Positions 60,812-64,000 of a stretch of 64,000 bases of DNA are shown here, piece after piece; position 1 is the first letter of the stretch; each line of letters opens with the position of its first letter. The position numbers and the translations under genes are program-made. Source of the DNA: Podarcis vaucheri (Eukaryota); assembly GCA_965113315.1 (NCBI GenBank), contig OZ220369.1. One strand, 5' to 3'. The notes below the pieces were generated by a model. The model did not search any database. It worked only from the letters and a program-made list of their open reading frames with translations, and had not been told where the DNA came from.

Positions 60812-61171
60812 CATCCCTTTTTGCTCTATGGCCAATAAGCAAGCCACCACCAGCGGATATGGATCAGGTGGAGAGGGGTGTCCCTTCACTGGACTGATGG
60901 GAAGGTAGAACCTTCTTTGTGTAAATACCTCCTTTGCAGAACCCACCATGTCTGGGCTGGCTTGTCCCATATTACTGTGTACAGTAGAGCAGCAGACTTA
61001 GGCTTCTCCCTTCACCACCTCTCATGGAGACACAAACAGGCACCGTTCCCCTCTGAGCAGTGCTGTCATGAGAGAATCCAACAGGTGTAATAGGTTCAAA
61101 CTGTATAAATGCCTAGCACAAAATGTGGCCCTTGACTCAATAGACGGCTGCAGGAGAAGGGTTTAAAGTAT

Positions 61172-61177
61172 TTTATT
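61172..61177 (-). terminator. NQO1: Candidate NQO1 poly(A) signal (AATAAA on - strand); a second candidate lies at 61418-61423
   Basis: TTTATT on the + strand 1.0-1.2 kb past the NQO1 stop. Confidence 0.55.
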
Positions 61178-62396
61178 CTAAATTTCTCTGCTGGCGCAAG
61201 AGAGACTTGTATAAATCTACATGACATTCTAACAAACCTGACTAATAGAGGCAACACCTGGCTTTGTTGTTAGTACATGTGAAAGTTATTACCAAAGTAC
61301 AAAAATCTCAAGTAGTATTAATCCCTACTACCAGCAAGTAAACTAAGAGGATTTAAAGCAACCCTTCACCTTCCACGCCAGTTAATTACACTTTTCCCCC
61401 CACCCCCTGGAGCACCATTTATTGCCAGGGAACTCTGCCCCTGCCTTCCTGTGCTGTGGCTGATTCCAGCTGGGGAAGGTGGGAGCCCAGTTGTCTTTTT
61501 AACCACTCTTCCCAGCTGCATCTGTGGCTTGTTTTGTCTTCAGACAGATTGCCTCTGCACCTCTCCTCTGGCAGCTCAAGTCTGGTGCAAGTGGTATTGA
61601 CTGCCAAGTACCTTGTTTTATCCATTTTGGATTGGCGGTTGCTAATGAAGTAAAGGCAATGTACTCCACCCATCCACCCACCCCCACTACCTTGAGGCTA
61701 CTATGACAAGAAATGGAAGAGCTGACAAAAAGCAGCCAGGTAGACCCATACAGTTCTATACAACTACATTCTACTCTGTGTAGATGCATTGAAATTAGTG
61801 TGCCTAAGTTAGATATGCCTTTTACTTTCAATGGGTCTGCTCCAAGTAGCACTAACATTGGATACAACCTATGATGCTCCCCAGGCATATGCACTTGGAG
61901 AAGTGCAAGACCCAAGCTCTAAGTACTTTGCTCTAGGGTTGGACCTTCCTGCCAACTCTTCTGTTGCTCAAGGCAGTATGGTGGTACTCTTTGCTGAGAT
62001 GGGGGCTGCAAAGAGGAATGTGAAAGGCTGTGGTGGTTGCCCACCTGTGGATTATAAGCTAGGATCTTAAGGCTGCAAAGAGTAGAACAGTAATAATGCA
62101 GGCTCCATTGTGGAGTATATGCCTTGCATTACATACACAAGGTATAACTGTTTTTAATGGTAGAGTGCCCAACCAGCTTTCCCATCTGGTGTGCTTCCAG
62201 GTAGTTTGGGTTTCAACTCCCATCATCCTTGTTGGGCTGATGGGACTGGAATCAAACACAGCAGAAGGACGCCGGTTTGGGGAAGGTCTGCCCTACAGGG
62301 ACCCTATGAACCCAGAGAAAGTGAAAGTAGGAAACTTTTACTGCTAGCATTACTACAGAAAGGCCTTTTTTTGTCCCAATTTACCAACAAAATTTG

Positions 62397-62705
62397 CTAT
62401 TTCTGCTGGGCTTTGACTTGATTATCAGGCAGGAGTGGCTTTCCCAGATGCTGGCCAGTTGTCAGCCCATATTTTTTATCTTCTTGCTGTTCCTGGACCT
62501 CTTTCTTCAGAAGAAAGCCCCCAGCAAAGCTCAAATCAAAGTTGTTGCTTGGGGCAAAGCTGAGGGGCGTCTCCTCCCAGATAGTGGCCAATCTCTTCTT
62601 CCACATCTCCAGGATTTGGGAGCGGGCCTCTGGTGGTGTATGGCCAATACTGAAAGCGATCTGGGGTGCCAAGACTTGGAAACCACAGAAATGGAGAGTG
62701 CCACT
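62397..62705 (-). CDS. NQO1: NQO1 last coding exon, [15 protein letters not shown]...[23 protein letters not shown], including the NQO1-specific C-terminal domain
   Basis: Acceptor CTCCCCAG; TAG at 62397-99; the C-terminal extension absent from NQO2 is present. Upstream exons lie beyond the window. Confidence 0.95.
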   Translation of the reverse strand, partial: SGTLHFCGFQVLAPQIAFSIGHTPPEARSQILEMWKKRLATIWEETPLSFAPSNNFDLSFAGGFLLKKEVQEQQEDKKYGLTTGQHLGKPLLPDNQVKAQQK

Positions 62706-63170
62706 CTGGGGAGTAGGAAGAAAGAACATTTGCAAATCAAATACATATTCAAATAGTGCAGGAGGAATGTAATTAGAACAAGTTCAGGACCAACAAAGAG
62801 ATCTATAGTGACATTTCCAGTACAGTATATGTTTTTGTTACCATACTAAATGTCTGCTATGACATTTTTACTCATTTTAAAAACCTAAAATTTGTCTACA
62901 ACTTTGCACACAAGGGATGTGGGCTTTCTGCTAGGATTCAGTAAACTGCAGCTCTTGAAAAAACAGTCATCTCGCCAAGTGGTTGGTATGCAGGATTGTA
63001 AACCTCTGGATTACACAAAGGTTCTCAAACCAGACAAGTACAGGAACCTGTAAGAATTCTGTGTAAGGCAGAAGCTTGCACCATCTACTTAAGTATTACA
63101 CCTTTTAATAATAATTTTTAAACTCTCTTAGAAATAGCTATGGGTTTGACAATAAATGTTGCCTTGTTAC

Positions 63171-63272
63171 CTGTATTGGCCAAAGAAGGATGTTGATGTC
63201 CCCATTGATGCCTTCAGGGGTGTACATGGAGCCCATCCCACCAGTGGTGAAGGAAAGTAGAGTCTTCTTATT
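63171..63272 (-). CDS. NQO1: NQO1 internal exon (102 nt), [34 protein letters not shown]
   Basis: TTGG motif; acceptor TTACAG and donor CAG|GTAAC on the - strand; translated by hand. Confidence 0.95.
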
Positions 63273-63673
63273 CTGTAAGTAACCAAGTATGAGTTATGCT
63301 TTACACAGCAGCTGAGACACTGTCATGCAGAGAGCAACTAGTGAACAAGGGTCATTTTGCAGAGTATTGTGAAAGCCCAGCTGATCATCATCTTGCCACA
63401 ATATGGAGGAAAGGAACTGCACCTTCTCTGTCCCACAGAACACCCTTCTCTAAAATACCAAGAGGCAGGGTCATTGTCAGAATCCTCTGTCTTTTCCCAC
63501 TACCACCAGAGTCTGCCATATTGTTTCATGCAGAGCACCAAAAAGGCTGACTGCAGGGCTCAAATGCACAACAGACAGGCTGCAGCTACTGGCCAGTTGG
63601 AGAGAATGAAAGGTGGTGGCGGCTACAGCAGCAGCAAGACTTCACTCCCACCAAATCCCCACTGCATACCTAC

Positions 63674-63787
63674 CTTGAAGGGCCCCTGGTCATACATGGC
63701 ACTGTAGGAGTAGGCAAATCCACCAGTGAGGACACGCTCATACCACCCTTTCAAGATGGCCGGGACACCAAACCACTGGAGAGGGAA
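63674..63787 (-). CDS. NQO1: NQO1 internal exon (114 nt), [38 protein letters not shown]
   Basis: Flavodoxin-like FAD-binding motif FPLQWF; acceptor TGTTGCAG and donor AAG|GTAGGT on the - strand. Confidence 0.95.
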
Positions 63788-63929
63788 CTGCAACAGAAGC
63801 AGAGCCATAGGATAAGGGTTGAGGCCCTTGTTGCACATTCATTTCATGGTACTTTAGAGTCCAGGTACCATTCCCAAAAAGCTCTTCAGTGCCCATGGCA
63901 TTCCCTTAGAACCACTAGTTCCAGAACTT

Positions 63930-64000
63930 TGTTCCAATGTCAAGCTCTAGCAGGTGGAGTCTCCTTCTTTGGAGGTCTTTAAGCAGAGGCTTGACAACCA
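63930..64000 (+). mobile_element. CR1 fragment in an NQO1 intron (runs off the window)
   Basis: GGTGGAGTCTCCTTCTTTGGAGGTCTTTAAGCAGAGGCTTGAC. Confidence 0.7.

Noticed and set aside
62397-63787. Calling the minus-strand gene NQO2 because of Asn161
   Set aside because: The C-terminal extension, Gln104, Tyr126/Tyr128 and adjacency to NFAT5 all indicate NQO1.

Overview
Vertebrate genomic DNA, most likely a squamate (lacertid-type) lizard judging from the repeat content (inference). The window holds the complete NFAT5/TonEBP gene on the + strand. It has a CpG-island promoter at ~5.4-6.6 kb, 13 coding exons with canonical GT-AG boundaries and consistent phases (4521 nt, 1506 aa plus stop), an intron 8 nt after the stop codon, and a ~4.8 kb 3'UTR exon ending at AATAAA 60525. 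The last three coding exons of a convergently transcribed NQO1 lie on the - strand (62397-63787). The introns carry many CR1 and L2 LINE fragments, tRNA-derived SINEs, hAT and Tc1/mariner MITEs, and microsatellites. The most interesting region is the transposon-poor ~5.5 kb before and within the 565-nt NFAT5 exon (28.2-33.7 kb). It contains two short N-runs, a candidate 68-nt stop-containing cassette exon, a candidate 150-nt cassette exon that spans the second N-run, a cluster of RBFOX/QKI motifs, and an internal consensus splice donor that would join an overlapping alternative reading frame in-frame to the DNA-binding domain. Together these suggest a splicing-controlled switch of the NFAT5 N-terminus, which is inferred from sequence only and needs transcript evidence. 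NQO1 carries Asn at the position of catalytic His161, as NQO2 does.
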